From: Pseudomonadota bacterium
GTDB taxonomy: Bacteria; Myxococcota; JACRCW01; JAFGSX01
Reading direction: 5' to 3'
Length of the DNA stretch: 64,000 bases
Assembly: GCA_043821645.1 (NCBI GenBank)
Contig: JBDRCO010000101.1
Span: forward strand, 10,204 to 74,203
This document shows, piece by piece, positions 63,743 to 64,000 of the stretch (position 1 is its first letter; the number at the start of each line of letters is the position of its first letter). The notes under the pieces were generated by a model, which saw only the letters and a program-made list of their open reading frames with translations, did not search any database and had not been told where the DNA came from. A program made the position numbers and the translations under genes.

Positions 63743-63870
63743 GCGCCCGACGCAGAGGGGGCGTGCCGAACGCCCGACCTTGGATCCCGTGATCGCCGCC
63801 GCTGCTGCCAGGGGTGAATGGGTCGGGGCCTGTGCCCGGCGCAGAGGGGGCGTGCCGAACGCCCCCTGAG
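63743..63870. repeat. Second locus of the REP-like palindromic repeat: two copies, 63743-63779 and 63833-63870.
   Basis: 'gcccg(a/g)cgcagagggggcgtgccgaacgccc' occurs twice. The copy at 63844-63867 forms a perfect 8-bp-stem hairpin AGGGGGCG-tgccgaa-CGCCCCCT. The consensus is shared with 40344-40375. Confidence 0.6.
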
Positions 63871-64000
63871 AAAGCTAATAAGGAGAAAACCCCGCCTCGC
63901 TCCAGAAATCATCCTTGAGCATGTCCTGCTGCCTCAACAGGGCACGGTAATGCCCCGTCTCCCACTGCGTGAGCTCCTCGAAGAACCGCTGAACTGCCGG

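Noticed and set aside
1-64000. Search for CRISPR arrays, rRNA or tRNA genes, and transposase or integrase genes.
   Set aside because: No regularly spaced direct-repeat array, no rRNA- or tRNA-like structures and no recognisable transposase or integrase motifs were seen.

Overview
The window is about 69% GC and gene-dense, with no rRNA, tRNA, CRISPR array, transposase or integrase detected. I can support about 40 protein-coding genes.

The gene content and repeat families resemble a Myxococcales (deltaproteobacterial) chromosome. Supporting features are MopE-like Cys-rich 'DNDGDG' repeats, Dictyostelium-type CTDC repeats, many lipoproteins, a Ser/Thr kinase, an FHA-domain sigma54 activator, a YARHG-domain protein and multiple FHA proteins.

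The most unusual content is a set of very large, cysteine-rich secreted or lipid-anchored proteins:
- a trypsin-like protease with C-terminal Cys repeats;
- an endonuclease/exonuclease/phosphatase (EEP) lipoprotein;
- a 940-aa LamG-domain protein;
- a three-repeat Cys lipoprotein;
- an 1850-aa CTDC-repeat protein.

The first 8.8 kb holds a possible extracellular lipid-scavenging operon: the EEP lipoprotein, a lipoprotein, a secreted GxSxG hydrolase and an outer-membrane beta-barrel protein whose start overlaps the hydrolase stop (ATGA).

Other notable loci:
- a Ser/Thr kinase followed by an FHA-domain sigma54 enhancer-binding protein;
- a cluster of three FHA proteins, two of them tandem paralogues;
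- a ThiF/E1-like enzyme with a small downstream ORF, placed divergently from a MoxR AAA+ / VWA gene pair;
- a family of about 33-bp palindromic repeats present as two copies at each of two intergenic sites.

The trypsin-like protease appears frameshifted at a GGGG run between its signal peptide and catalytic domain. Long ORFs on the strand opposite real genes are typical high-GC shadow ORFs and were rejected.
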